Shown in pieces: positions 22,601-37,600 of a stretch of 49,536 bases of DNA. The position numbers and the translations under genes were made by a program. Origin of the DNA: Octopus bimaculoides (lineage: Eukaryota); assembly GCF_001194135.2 (NCBI RefSeq), contig NC_068981.1, positions 41,118,417 through 41,167,952 of the forward strand, in the 5' to 3' direction. Every line of letters begins with the position of its first letter. Position 1 is the first letter of the stretch. The notes beneath the pieces are model-generated. The model did no database searches. It worked only from the letters and a program-made list of their open reading frames with translations, and was not told the origin of the DNA.

Positions 22601-25600
22601 CATTTTCGTAACTGCCTTATTATCTGTAGTGGAGGCGCAATGGCCCATTGGTTAGGGCAGTGGACTCGCGGTCATAGGATTGCGGTTTCGATTCCCAGAC
22701 TGGGCGTTGTGAGTGTTTATTGAGCAAAAACACCTAAAGCTCCACAAGGCTCCGGCAGGGGATGGCGGCGAACCCTGCTGTACTCTTTCACCACAACTTT
22801 CTCTCACTCTTTCTTCCTGTTTCTGTTGTACCTGTATTTCAAAGGGCCAACTTTGTCACACTGAATATCCCTGAGAACTACGTTAAGGGTACACGTGTCT
22901 GTGAAATGCTCAACCACTTGCACGTTAATCGGATCAACTGGAACCCTCGATGTCGTAAGCGACGGAGTACCAACAACAACATATTATCTGTAGTTAGCTT
23001 TTTAATGTTCTTTGCATGAAATATTTTAACACTAACTTAACTATTATTTTACACTTAGATTATGTTTCTGAGTAATTTATTCTGTAACTAATATTTTCCA
23101 TATGTTTATTGATATTTCTTTTGAAATATGTATTCTTTAGTTGTGGTCTACCTGTTGTAATTGCTTCACCAGAAAAATCTTTGATGGTCATGCGTCGATG
23201 TAGCTTACCAAATCATATACCGAAAAGATCAAGAATAAGTAAGAAAATTTTGTTAATTACTAAACCATTTTAACAGTTTTTAAACATAATTGAATAGTGA
23301 ATTCTTGCTACATTAAACAAAATGCCATTAACATTTTCTATAAATGAAGATGAAGTGTTTACATTTGTTTAAAGATACAATATTGACTGAGAATCTACAA
23401 GTGTATTTTGTGATGCAGTATAGAGAATCATCAAGTAAAGACAGCATAACTGCTTTCTTTCAAAAAGATTGGACAAATATTTCTCAAAACCCTTTTGTAT
23501 ATCTATATCTGTTTGGACATCTGCTTTAAATATGAAGAACAGGAGCAATAGTACATAATTATTCAAAAGCAATTGGTCATGTTTTAATTATTCTTTCATA
23601 AATATTGAGCTAGTAATTTACATTACAGTTTCATGAAAGAGTGTAACCTTCTAAATGCCTAACATCTACTGATATCAACATACAAAGTATGGAAAATTTC
23701 CATTGAGAAATGAACCAAAGTTGGAATTACATGGGAGATCCATCTTCCAAGCTGGTAAGCCAGAGGACTGCACCAAACTCCAATGTCTGCTTTGGCATGT
23801 TTTTTATGGCTGGATACCCTTCCTAATTCCAACCACTTTACAGAGTGGACTGGGTGCTTTTTATGTGGCATCAGCAGTGGCTAGGTCTGCTTTGGTGTGG
23901 TTTTTTTACAGCTGGATGCCCTTCCCAATACTAACTACTCTACAGAGGAAGATTTAAATTCTTTGAAAACATTTCTAAAAAGAAAAAGAACCAAAAAAAG
24001 ATCATTAATATATGTTCTATTATTATTGAAATGACTCCAAACACTATGTAAATTTTTTAATGTATTTTATTCTGGAATAGAAATACCTTGCAGTGTTTAT
24101 TTCAGTTGTCTGCATTCTGAGTTCAAATCCTGCTTAAGTTTAACTTTGGCTTTCATCCCTCTGGGCTTCTGAACAAGATGTCTTGTGGTATTTGTTCTGG
24201 CCCTCCATTCTTAGTTCAGATCTTCTGTGGCTTACATGGATAGTAGATTTAATCTCTAACTCAGTTTAACACCACCACTTGGCCCTTTGGAACTTTCAGC
24301 AAAGTTCACTCTGTTGCAAGCATTCACACCAGACTCCAGTTTGATGATACCTTCCTCTCAACTGTGTTGAGGGTTCTGAAAAGATCCTTTTTATCAACTA
24401 AACAAAATTTTTTAATGAAACAGTTAAACAATATGAATCAAGGAAAGTTCTGTTAGTTGTGTGGTCTGCAAGAAAATGTGGATAGAATGTTTATCAATTC
24501 AATCAACTCTGTTCAAGTAAATTGGCGAATGCTTAAGATCATCCTATGAGCTATGAAACCTATCAGTCAGCTCTGGAGTCATGTGGCATATTTTGCTATA
24601 CAATGACTGAATAAATGGAATCAAAATTTTTATTAGTGCAGTCAACAGACTAACTGAATGAGTATTCATAACCATTTTTGTTACAACAAACAAAAATATT
24701 ATGTTACTGTGCTGTTGTGCCTTATCAAAATATAATGTCTTATGTATAATATTTCATATTTATTTACTAAAACATCAGCATTAAACTAAATTTCTATTAA
24801 ACCTTGTATGATAAGTCTTAAGTTATTAAAAGTTACTTTATTTTGCTCACTTTTTTTAATGACTTGTAAATATCAGAATGTAGCAAACCAGATCAAATCT
24901 GCTTAACAGCCAGTTTTCCTTCCAAATTGTAAACACTATAAAATAAGGTGGTATAAAAGACAGTGAAGTATGGTCTGTCCAGATGGTTGTGATCTGTTAT
25001 GGACTATCCTCAAGCATATTCCTGACAAGAATTAACAGTAAGATCTAAATAAAGTTTTTGAATACTATAAATGAAATAGTCAAGGTCTTTTTTTTTTTTT
25101 NNNNNNNNNNNNNNNNNNNNNNNNNNNNNNNNNNNNNNNNNNNNNNNNNNNNNNNNNNNNNNNNNNNNNNNNNNNNNNNNNNNNNNNNNNNNNNNNNNNN
25201 NNNNNNNNNNNNNNNNNNNNNNNNNNNNNNNNNNNNNNNNNNNNNNNNNNNNNNNNNNNNNNNNNNNNNNNNNNNNTTTTTTATTATTAATGAGAGATCT
25301 GTTTTGTATACTACTGCTTTTAAATATTTAAAATCACTTATGAAAAAAACATTTTATTTAAAATTGTTTCTCTTATTGGTTTTCTTTGTGCTACTACTTT
25401 ATTTTTTTAACTATTATTCATCAGAGTATAAAAATCATTCAAATGAAAAGGGATGCTTTTTTTAAAATATATATGTTTAAATTTTCTCAACAGAAAATAT
25501 TTCTAAGAACACATTGTCATCAGTGTTAAGTAAAATCATAGAAGTGTCACCATTAAAGTTACCTCAAGGTAATACAGGTGAGTAGATTTTCTTCATAACT

Positions 25601-28600
25601 TGTAATATTAAGATATACTGAATCAACTTGTCAAGTTTTCTTTTATTTTATATCATATGTTAATATATATTGATAATTACTAAAGAGGACTGATAATCCC
25701 AGCATATGCTACTGGTTGTCTTAATTCAAATAAATGACAAGTGTGACTGTGTGGTAAGAAGCTGGCTTCCCAACCACATGGTTCCAGGTTCAGTCCCACT
25801 GCATGGCACCTTGGAAAGTGTCTTGTGAGTGAATTTGGTAGACAGAAACTCAAAGAAGCCCATTGTATCTGTGTGTGACTTTGTGTCTGTGTTTGTTCCC
25901 ACCCCACCATCACTTGACAACTGATGATGTGTTTATGTCTCCGTAACTTAGCAGTTTAGCAAAAGAACCAATAGAATAAGTACCAGGCTTACAAAGAATA
26001 AGTCCTGGGGTCAATTTCTTTGACTAAAAAAACAATAAACATGTGCAAAGCAAGTCATTATACTAGCCAAACAAACAATTTCTTTGTTATTGTTAAACAA
26101 AAACAAAGCAATTCAATGATCTATTGTCTGTCATATGATCATTTAACTACACACATGCACAAATGTACACAGATATATGTATACAGTACATTGCTCTAAC
26201 ATGAATGTACAATTTTTACCTCTGTAATTTTAGCAGTTTTTCTTTCCTTTGTATTCTACTTCTAATAATAATGACTTTCCATCACTGATACGTCATCAGT
26301 TGATACAGGAGGATATAATAAATTGAATTAACTTTTGTACATGGCTACTACTTGATTTATTAACTCTAAGGAGCCTCTGCATATCTTCTTTGAGCTGGTA
26401 GAAATTGCAGTCAGAGCTCACCTTACCATCTTGGGACACATTCGTCATCACCATATGTGTGTTTTCCATGCTGGCATAGGTTGCACGGTTTGACAGAAGA
26501 TGGTAAGGCTAGAAGCCATACCAGATTCCAGTCTATTTTGGCATAGTTTCTGCATTTGGATTCCCTTCCTAATGCCAACCACTTTACAGAATGTATTGGA
26601 TGCTTTTTATGTGGCACTGTCACTATTGGGTTTTACATGGCACTCTCACTAGTGCTCTTTATATGGCACTAGCACCAGTGCTTTTTTTTGGGGGGGGGGC
26701 ACCAGTACCAGAGGATCATTGAGTATCTTGCAAGACAAGATCCCCTCAATATAGTGGGAATAGTATTGATGGGGTGTGGCTTTGTGACAGGGTAATTATA
26801 GCTGGAATGCCGTAACAATAACAACCCTGGATGGTTGAAGCACAAAGTCATCTGTGTGATTTTTCTTATTGCTTTAATTATTTTTTGTTATATTTAATGG
26901 GTTTTTTCTCTAATGGAGAGGTGTAATGGACAGATGTTTATGTATATTAGGGTTACTAAATGTACTGTATGAATGTAAGGTTCCCATGTCGNNNNNNNNN
27001 NTAATTATAGCTGGAATGCCGTAACAATAACAACCCTGGATGGTTGAAGCACAAAGTCATCTGTGTGATTTTTCTTATTGCTTTAATTATTTTTTGTTAT
27101 ATTTAATGGGTTTTTTCTCTAATGGAGAGGTGTAATGGACAGATGTATATGTATACTAGGGTTACTAAATGTACTGTATGAATGTAAGGTTCCCATGTCG
27201 GTGGTACAGATGAAAAGTTACTTGATGTCCCACGTCAAGCTGTTACATGTAAATAACCGAAAACAGGATGAAACATTGTAATAACATCGAAGAGAAAAGG
27301 AATCCTATTCACAAACTTATTTGCTGGTAGTAATTGACATAGTAGTAATTGACAATAGTAATAATGTTTTGGTAGCTCACTGGTAGTTGGTACAGTGTAA
27401 GTTGTGCTCTGTGCTGACAGAGAGGAAGAAAGGGTAAGGATTACATTGTCCCTTTCCATTCGCTGATGCTATTGCTCATGGTTAACAGCTGACACAAATA
27501 GGGATGTGTGCTCTTTACTAGCCAGTTGAATCAAAGAAGGTGAGAGAGAGAGAGATGATGTCAATTATAAAGGGTATGGCCAGCAAGTAGGTCAAACCTA
27601 AAACAATGGACTGAGCTTTCAATGACTGGCAAAGGTTCTAGGAGGTTAGATATTTCTCATTAATCTCCCAGCATTGAGATAAAACACAATGGAATCAGAC
27701 AGCTGTCTGATAGGCAACAAGTGTGAAAATTCAGTTTCGAATCTTAGTTAGGCAGGGCTAAGTGAGCTCTTACAAAGGGCATATATTTACCTCTCCTTTT
27801 AATGCTAGGACACTGTATTCTCCACAATGAAGGTAAGTTTATTAATTTGCTTTTTAGACAGGGTCTTTCGGGAGTTAGTATATGGTGTTTGATTTAGTTT
27901 TAAATCTTTACATCTTCATATTATGATAGGTGTAAAGAGAGTGTTTTTGCCTTCATGATATTATTAATGAATAAAGAAGAAAAAGTTATTAATGATAGTC
28001 ACTCACAGTAGATTTAAATATCCTCACATAATTATGTCTAGTACTGGATCATCATTTGCTAAAAAAATCAGAAGAGTGTTACTAAATACTGGTGGGCTTC
28101 CTTGTTGGCATTTGAAGATGTGTTCTCTGATAGTGTTTTGAGAATCTGAAAAGAGAATGTTAAATTTCATGAATACTTATTTGTTTTCTGGTATTGTCCC
28201 ACAATATATTTCAAACTGTCACTGCCAATCCCAGATTCATGCATTCAGTATATCATATTGACACAAGCATACTTTTCAAATACTGATAACTGAATAGCTC
28301 AAAATGGCATGAAATCTGAAGCAGAAGTATTGATCTTTCATTTGATATATAAATATACATGTGTACGCACATGCACACACTACATTCTTTTCTTTTTCAG
28401 TTCAGCATCTAACTGATATTTTCTCTCAATTCTTCCCCAGATTAAAATTTTCCTCTGAGTGTCAAGTGTCTCTTGTTTGAGAACTATTGGTCTATTACCT
28501 GTTTAATAATTCTTAATATTGTGTTTTATTAATGTATGAATTGTGTTTACAATTTGTGTTACAAAAAGGTTTTGTTGTAAATATACAAAAAAAAAATTTG

Positions 28601-31600
28601 AAATGAATTGAAATCATGTATTTATTTATGTAATGTATGTATTGAAATACATCCTCTATTTTTAACAGATGACATTCAACCAAGTTATACTGATTTATGT
28701 CTGGAATGTTGCAAGACTATTCTACAGTCAGTAAATGAAATACTTATACTCAGTGCACATGTAAAAGGTAAACATTTTGTAATTGTTAAATTTGGTATTA
28801 AATTACACCCACCCCCCGCATTGTTATCATTTTTCATGTTGGACAAGTCTCTGTATCTCATGGACATTCACCATTTGACACATAAAAACAGAAAAGTAGC
28901 AGGCTAAGTGGTTATGCTTGTTTCTCTGCTTTTCTTATTTGACAAAGTTTTAATGGTTGGACACACATGAACACACCCCTTCTCTTTCCAGATGGGCAAG
29001 CTTTGTATTCACCTCTCAAACAAGACACCTGCTCTTGTCCCTCTATCATAGTTTTTGTCCTTCAGTACTATACCCCATTCAGTTGAGGGGGCTTTGTCTT
29101 ACAGGTACTTGGTGTCATGGAATATGCACCCAGTATACTCTGTGAAGTGGCTGATATCTAGAAGGGCATCCAGCTGTAGAAACCAATCCAAAACAGACAT
29201 TGGAGCTTGGTGCAGCCCTCTGGCTTGTCTTTTTGTGTTGAATCATCTAACCAATGCCAGCATGGAAAAAGGGATGTTAAATGATGATGATGAAGCATAC
29301 ACACGTATGTGTGTACATGCACATGCACACACATATGCTTCCTAGCTGCTATCACTACAACCATTTTAATGTTAAATTTGCTATGCTTGTTTGGATAGTC
29401 AGGTTTTCTCCAGCTCTGCAGATTGCCATCAACATGGTCTTTGCTATTTTTTTCATGAGTCAGCTTTCACCACTTTATCCCCAATTCTTTCTGGTCTCTC
29501 TCTTCTACATCTTCCATTCACTTTGTACACTTGATATTTGCTTATATACAGCTGTCATCCTCTATATTCATCACATGCTTGTACCAGTGCAGTCTTCTTT
29601 TATGCACACTGCATCAGATTTCTCTGTTATCCAGTTTCTGAAAGAGAAATTGGACAAAAGAGGAATCAAATGCAGATATACATTTAGATAGAAAACACAT
29701 AATATATTGCATTGCTACTATTTCATTTCTTGTGCTGTTATCCCATCTCCTGTAATCTACACATCATCATCATCATCATCACCATTATTCCTACTGCTTT
29801 TATTTATCATCTGACAATTCCTTAATCCCAAGTTACCATTACTGGTTAGTATTACTGTCTAGCATCATTGCTTGCATTTTCTATTACTGCCTCACACACA
29901 ACAACCATTGTCTTATTGTTGTTACAAGAATAATATCACAAGCTCTGTGGCATTGCTCCCATTACTTCCTTTACCAGCCTCATTGGTTTCCGGTATTTAT
30001 TATCATTAGCACATTGGACAAAATGATTAGTGGCATTTCTTCCAGCTCTTTACATTCTGAATTCAATAAATACCAGTTGAACACCAAGGTTGATTCAATT
30101 AACTTATCTCTTCCTCTAAAATTGCTGGCCTTGTGCCAGAATTTGAAACCATTACCATTAGGTTATTATTAAATCAAATGATGTTTAGAATGCTGTTCTA
30201 CTCCCAAACACTCTATCACCATATCATTATGAGGTACCCCCTTACCCCCACTTCACTCTTTTCTGAACACTATATCTGCATATGTATTGTTGTATGTTTC
30301 TGTCCAAGTATATGTTTTTATTGGGATGCCTGAATGCTATGTTTTGTAGACTTGTCTGCATTTAAACTGAGGTGTATTTTGATACATATATTTACTTGAA
30401 GTGTCTGTGAGCATTAAATATATAGAAAAGATCTGAATGAGTATGTTTGTGTGCATATATACACAAGTATGTACTTGGGTGCATATACATAGATTCATGT
30501 CTGTCAAAACCATCTGTGTGTGTGCTTGTATGTATGTGTATATATTATGCAAAACACATGTATGTCTGTGTGTTTGCACACAGTGGTAATGTATGAAGTG
30601 TTAGTGTACAAGTGAACTACCATGTTTATGGTATTTAGTTGAACATGCATGTCTCCAATGAGTTAGCACTTGAACATGTGTATGATTGACGTATGTAGAT
30701 ATATGTAACTGTGTGTTTTTGTATTTACAAATACGTGTATATGTGTCTCTCACACTAAATGTGCATGTGCTAAACTGCACTTCAAAATCTGTACTGCATG
30801 TGTAAACATCTTATCTTTATTATAGAATATCTTAGTAAACAATAGAAAAAGGGGGATCAGCTGAATTAATCTCAATCCTGTGTCGGGATTTTATCAGTAG
30901 CTGAGTACCCCACAGTATTAGTCTAAAGTTGTATTCTATAGTTCAGAACTACAATGAGTGGAAAAAACCCCCCAGAATTACTGTATCAATAATTTGTACA
31001 TATGTATGTATATACCTATGGACAAGTGTGCTATATTATACATAGCTCTCTAGGTGAGTGCCAGTCTGTAAATGCATGGCTGCTGCTGGTATTCTTCGAT
31101 GTGTATAAGGGGATAATTTTCTTTATTTTTCTCTCTTTATCTATATTATACTTTATCATGTTTCTTTCATACTTGATCACACAACCCACTGGTCTCTCTC
31201 ATTTACATTCTCTTTCCTACCTGAAGCTTGTCCTCAAACAGATTCATCATCATCATCCTTCCACTAATAATCAGTTCCTTTCCATCTATGTACCTGTGAG
31301 AGAGCATGATATACATGTGTTTTTATAAATATAACATACATACGTGTTTGTGTGTAAATGTAATATCAATCTCACAAATATGTGGTATCTATTTTGCAGT
31401 TATTTTACTTGAAGAAAATGTTGAAAAAGAATTGATTGAACTGTCATCAGTGTTATTTACATTATCATCATACTATAATAGTTGGTTCTTATGCCAAAAC
31501 ATGGCATCTTTTTCTCATTTATGTAATTCACTTATAACTGCACTCAAAAAGCTAAAATTTGAAATGATGCAATTTTTCAAGGTGAGATATTCCAGTTTTA

Positions 31601-34600
31601 TATTCTAACACCTGTTATTTCTAATTATTTAATAACTAGAGTTGTACTTGCCTAGACCATGTCATTGAAACTGAAGCAGTTACATTATAGAAGAAACATT
31701 TTAACCATCTTAAAAAAGAAAAACCTTTATGTGTTTTAGATGGCTAAAATGACTCTTCCATGATTAGTTGCTGTTTTGCAGAAAGGAAGATTTTTAAAAA
31801 AAAGCATATCTGTTGTAAATAATACATTTCATTTGAATTTCAAATATATTATAACCTTACTATTTTCATTTATTGAAACAGGATATTCTGATTGCCATTG
31901 GCTTGTAGCTTAAACATATAATAAGACCATTAATGTGTCTTTCAAATCACACCTTGGTATCTTTAAAAAAAAATGAAACATACATTGGATAATGTAGTCC
32001 TAGATACCCTTAGAAAGGCTGACTTGGAACTAAACAACAGTATGCTCAATTTAACTGTATTATTACAGTGACAGTAACGAGCTTATATTAAGTTAGTTGT
32101 ATTCGATTGAAGTATTCAATAGAAGTGCTATAAAACATGATTTAAAAGTTAAAGTTATAACTCATAAAAGGCATGTAGATAGTGAAATGGCATTGCAAAA
32201 GTACAAAATACTTAATAGTGATCAAGTTATTTAAATTTTAGCTAACACATTTGACAATAATTCATTATTTTATTTTATATTTTTAAGGCTTTTAGCACCC
32301 AGTGTAAAAAAAGTATTCAAGAAATTGGTGGAAACATTAATAATTGTATTGAAGATATAATTTTGAAAACTGCTAAATATTCATTGGTTACAAATCAACT
32401 TATAAGTTTGCCTTGTGTTGATCTTGACATAGAGGTAAGACTGGTTATATTGCTATATACTGCTAGAAATCTTATAAATTTATATGACTATATATATTTT
32501 TTGATATAAAAATATCCATAAGCATGTTTTTATAACTAAATTTAAATTTATATGAAAGTGTATAAATGCACATGATTTTTTAGGAGTTTACATTTCCAAC
32601 CAAAGAGAGATGCCATGTCTGTTGTATTTTTTACAGTCTCTCCTAGACTTTTGAAGTTGACATGATAGATCTTCAGCTTGAATTTTTGTAGGCTGATGTT
32701 AGGAAAATTGTGAACAGGTTTGTCTCGTTGGAGTTACACCTTTCTGTGGGTAACGGTTTCATTAATGTAGATTTTTATGGATGAGGCCCATAGATAGATT
32801 AGAGGTTTCCTGTCAATGAAGCTCTCTTCAACCTGGAACCCATAGTTGTCAACTTTACTGATAGATTTTAATGTCTTTTAGTAATATTGATTGATGCCTA
32901 CAAAACCTAAAGGAAATCTAAGTTCACCTGCATAAAGAACCACTTTGCAGATTTGAGGAATGTAAAGGAGATTGTTTAAGTCACTTGCTTATCTCTCTAA
33001 TAGATCGGAAGTCAAGCACATTTATTGCCTAGAGTAGTCAGTTTAGAATGGATAGACCCTCAACAAATCAACTGATTCATGATTCCTGATGAAAACTATG
33101 GTGTGGGATTGTATCAACTAGGCAATGATCATATATTTGCATGGAATCAAAGCCTATGGTGAAATAAATTAAGTAATCCAAGTCTTTTGCTCTTGCATTC
33201 TCTCCAGTTTCTTTTGAGAAAGATATTTGATTCTCTTTTTGTTATATTTAAAAGCATGCTTATTCTTTTTCTATGTTACACCTTTTCATTCTCCAAAAAG
33301 ATCTTGTTTGCCTATAATACATATTACTCAGTTCTGTTTCCTTCTCTATTATTGGTATTTAATCCAGAAATATTGATTATATGATTTGTCATAAAATATC
33401 TTTTATCTATTGACTTGTTTTTTTTTTTTTTTTCAGATCAATAATTCTAATATATTAAAAATATTCTTGGAAAGTTGCAAATTTTTTATAATCAACAATA
33501 TACAAGAAGCTATTAAAAACATAGACCAAGTGTTACTTCCTCATTTAATTCCTGCAGCAATTAACGTGACAAAGGTCAAGATTTTTTTTTTGTAATATTA
33601 TTTTGTTTCATAACTGTTAAAATAGATAAAAATAATATTTTGAAATTTTGTGATTTTATATCTTCTTTCAGCTGGACCTTTCCAAAGCCATTCTACATTT
33701 GGTTGCAACAATAAAATTATTCTTAAAAGAATCTTGTAAAATTTTGGTAAGCCAAATTTGTTTTACTCCTTCACACTTCTTGAAACACCAACTTGGTAAG
33801 TAGTTGAAGTATTAACCTTCAGTTTATCCCCTTTGCTAAGCTAGTAGTTGAAATCCAACTATTTGCTCATGTCATCCTAACTTAATATTTCAAAGAAAAA
33901 CAAAGCTTCCACTATATTTGAGTTTTGTTTTTCAAATCCAAACAATTATTACAAATAATCCTGAAGGATTTTGGTATTTATATTTTCTGACCACTTCCAC
34001 TGCTGATGTTGATGTTGATTCAAGAAGTGATTTAGAAATATGAATAAAAAGTACTTACAGGCATTTCCTCCATCACTCTGCCTATCCCAGTACTACCATT
34101 ATACCCAGTTATTGTTTGCAAGTATGCTACCCCTCTGCATTCCCTACAGTCATCAACTTGTAACTGTTCAAGAGAAACAAAATTATATCAGCCTCACTGG
34201 TCTTGAAGGACTTATGATGGTTATAAATATAGTCCCTTCTTCCACACTAAACCAAAAAATGATTGTTTTACTATGATTGGAATTGTTCTGAGGGGTTAGA
34301 GAGAGAGAGAGAGGGATTATATTATGATGGCAGAAAGAAAGAAAGATTATGTAAAACAAGTGGAAGTAATATGATGGGGTGGGGAGAAGTTTATCATACA
34401 ATACAAAAGACAATTGAAATATGCACACACACATCAATATCAGTTCTTAGCTTGGAGTTACTGCCCTTCTAGACAGGCCAAAGAACGGCTTACTCAAAGC
34501 ATTCCATTTTTGACATGGTTTCTAGGCTGGATTGCTCTTCCTGACACCAACCATTTTATAGAGGCACTAGCAAGGCAAACCAAAGGACCCTCTCAATTTT

Positions 34601-37600
34601 TGTCCTAGTTACTAAACAGACTGTACTGGTTGCATTTTATACAATGTGCCTACTTGTTTAAGGCAACATGTCCTAGAGTGGGACAGTGATTGGAGGGAGA
34701 AAGAAGGATGAGCATTGGTGCTTATTTTCAGTGTAGTGCACATTGATGCTACATTCTTCATGTACACTAACATTACATATATAAGAAAGCATGCTCATTT
34801 CACTTTTTTCTAGTCTTTGTGAATCTTCTACATTCAAGGCCCATGGTTTGTTAGCATGCTGTATCGCATTTCATGCTACCATCCCTTCACTCTGAGAAAT
34901 CCTTTATTATCAGCAGAGATCATGATTCCTTGAACTATTTAGTTCTTTCTCTGCTGTCAGAGACCTCCAGTTCCACTTCTATTTAGATTGCTTAATAGAA
35001 ACTATCATTTATTTCTAGGGAGCTGTTTGAGCATTTGTCAGAGTCTATTTCATGTGTGTTCTTGATACTCACTACACCAGTGTATCTCCTGCATCTGAAG
35101 TCTTATGTGTGAATATATGAAATATAAAATAATTTACTTACCTTACATACTAATGGAACTAGCAATGATCTAAGAAGGAAGCCTATATATGGTTACTCAA
35201 CTTGCTAGAAATAATAGCCAAATTTCCCTTAGCAGATGCTATTGTCTTTTTTAAAAAAAGGATACATTGGATAAGGTAATCCTTGATAGAAAAAAAGATG
35301 GATGATCATGGCTAAAATGTCTGACCACAGGTCTACTCAATAAGGGCTGACCTGGAACTAAAGAACAACAACATAACAAGCAGTGTATCAGGAATGCAAG
35401 CAGCAGACAGAGAGAGGGAGATAACAACATTGAGAAGTGCAAAGAGTCATGATAGAGAAAAAATTTACACTAAGTAAAAGAGCAGAAGAAAGTGAATTTA
35501 GGTTTCTATAAAGACAAAACAAACAATTGTGATCTTTATGAGTAGTAGTAGTAAATGGCAGGAAGATAAAGGCTGTGCATAGAGAAATGGCAAAACAATT
35601 ATTCTATTTGTCAACTGATTACCAAAATTTGGAATTATTTGAAAGAATTTGTATCAGAATGTGGAATCACAAATACATTTCTTGTGAGTCAGCTTAAAAT
35701 TTCTTTTGCAGTTAACTTTAAAGTGGTACACTGTAGATAGGCAGGGTCTGAGAAACTAGATATAGATTATTAGCTTTATGAGCTCTGTTCAAGCCATTTC
35801 GTAGCTACATTAAGATTGGCAATGAGTTCAAAGAATTTTCTTCTCCCAGGGCTTTGTCCTCAACTCCCTACTATTCATTAAATGTTATTGAAGCAATAAT
35901 ATTTAAATTCAAGACTAGATGTCATTGAAAATATTTATAGGTATTTGGATCAAAGTTCTCGTAACAGAATTTGTTAAAAAATCTCCAGTAATATTTTGAA
36001 ACCTTAGAGTTCAACATGGCAAAGACAGAGTGATAGTTAGAAAAGTACACCTAGTATGGTTGAGAAAGTTTCTTTGCTTGATGTATGAGGAAGATAGTTA
36101 GAAAATTGATAGTGTGTGAAGAACTGGTACACACAAAGCAAAGAGGAATATTCTGCTACCTAGGACCTAATTAGGTAATTAATATGAATGTATAGAATTT
36201 AGAATAAGAAAGGTAGTGATGAGATCTAGTGAACTGTTACTTTTTCTTTTGGCAGCTGTTAGCTTTTTTTTTTTTTGTCTGTTTTGGTATTATGCAAACA
36301 GCTACATGGTAATCTAACATGGGTGTTTGATATGGAAAGCTAGTAAAGGCTAAAAAGAAAGAAGTTCAATATGATCCATTACATGTGCAGCATTAATTAA
36401 ACTTGAGAGTGTCTGGGCATTAAAGGTTAAAGGCATCAGCTAATGTTTGCAGGATTGCCGTACCGTATGGACAATTGATACAAATAGATGTCAGTGTTTG
36501 GTAGAGATGTGCTTTCAGTGGAAGGTATCAAGGAAGACATGGGAATTTGTAATGGGATAGTGATCACACTATTGGATATTGATGAGGGATTAAAGGATCA
36601 AAACTAGTGGTAATATGTTAAACAACAGATCCATGGAGAAGCAATGTTACCATTATCTTTTGGATTTGTGAAGGAATATCACTGAGAAGAAATCTATTAA
36701 TTTATATTACATTTTAGAAAATGTTGATGGTTTGATGGTATATCGATGCTCTTCTTTTATCAAAAATGATTTACAAAAATGTATCTTTGGGAATATTGGT
36801 ATCATTCTTTTTTATTGTAGGAAAAAAAAGTATTTGGTTATGAAATAGTAAAATAAAATATAAACTTGTTGAGAAATGGATGTAAATTTTTTTTATTTGT
36901 TGTCCTTTCATGATCATCATCATTATTTTACATTGTTAGCATGGGTTGGATAGGTTGTCACAGTCCAAATCATTTTTTATTGGGAGCTAGTGCTTGTACC
37001 TTTAATTATGGCTTAGTTTCTACAACTGGATGACTTTCCTATCATCAACCACATTAGAGTGTACTGGGTCATTTTCTTGTGGCACCAGCACTAGAGAAGT
37101 TCTCGGGAGGTCAACTCTCAATCTTTTCCTCTGCAGCATTTCTCAACTGGGGTTCCATTGGAACCCTAGAGGTTCTGTGAGAAAGAGTGAGATAAGCTAA
37201 TGCTAATTTCATGATCGTAATATTACTATACATGCACAACGTATTGGTTATTGTAATATAAACATCATCCTTTCTAACCTATTATGTTATCAAAAAAAAA
37301 TATAACCTTTGGGGATATATTTAGTGAACTATGATGAAAAAATATGAGAAAGATATGGTATATAATTTCTTTTGTGCAGAGGTTCCTTGAGATGTAATTT
37401 ATTTTAAGGGTTATGCAAGGGTAAAAAGGTTGAGAAACACTGCTCTAGAGGGTGCATTAAGAGTGGAAAAGCCTTTCTCTTTGCACTAGCACAGCAGTTG
37501 CCATACAAAGAGTACTAGCTACCTTAAGGCTGTATGTATGTTACCGAGAAGGGGAATAGGAAAGAGCATGATAATAGAGACAGTGACTAAGCTAAATTTC

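Noticed and set aside
24240-24620. Tx1/L1-like C-terminal zinc knuckle ([13 protein letters not shown])
   Set aside because: One interrupted motif with the His missing; not enough to call
25058-25465. 135-aa ORF spanning the N gap
   Set aside because: Artefact of translating Ns and flanking poly-T
27694-27711. Perfect 18-bp palindrome ATCAGACAGCTGTCTGAT containing an E-box
   Set aside because: Roughly one 9-bp-arm palindrome can occur by chance in 50 kb and there is no supporting context
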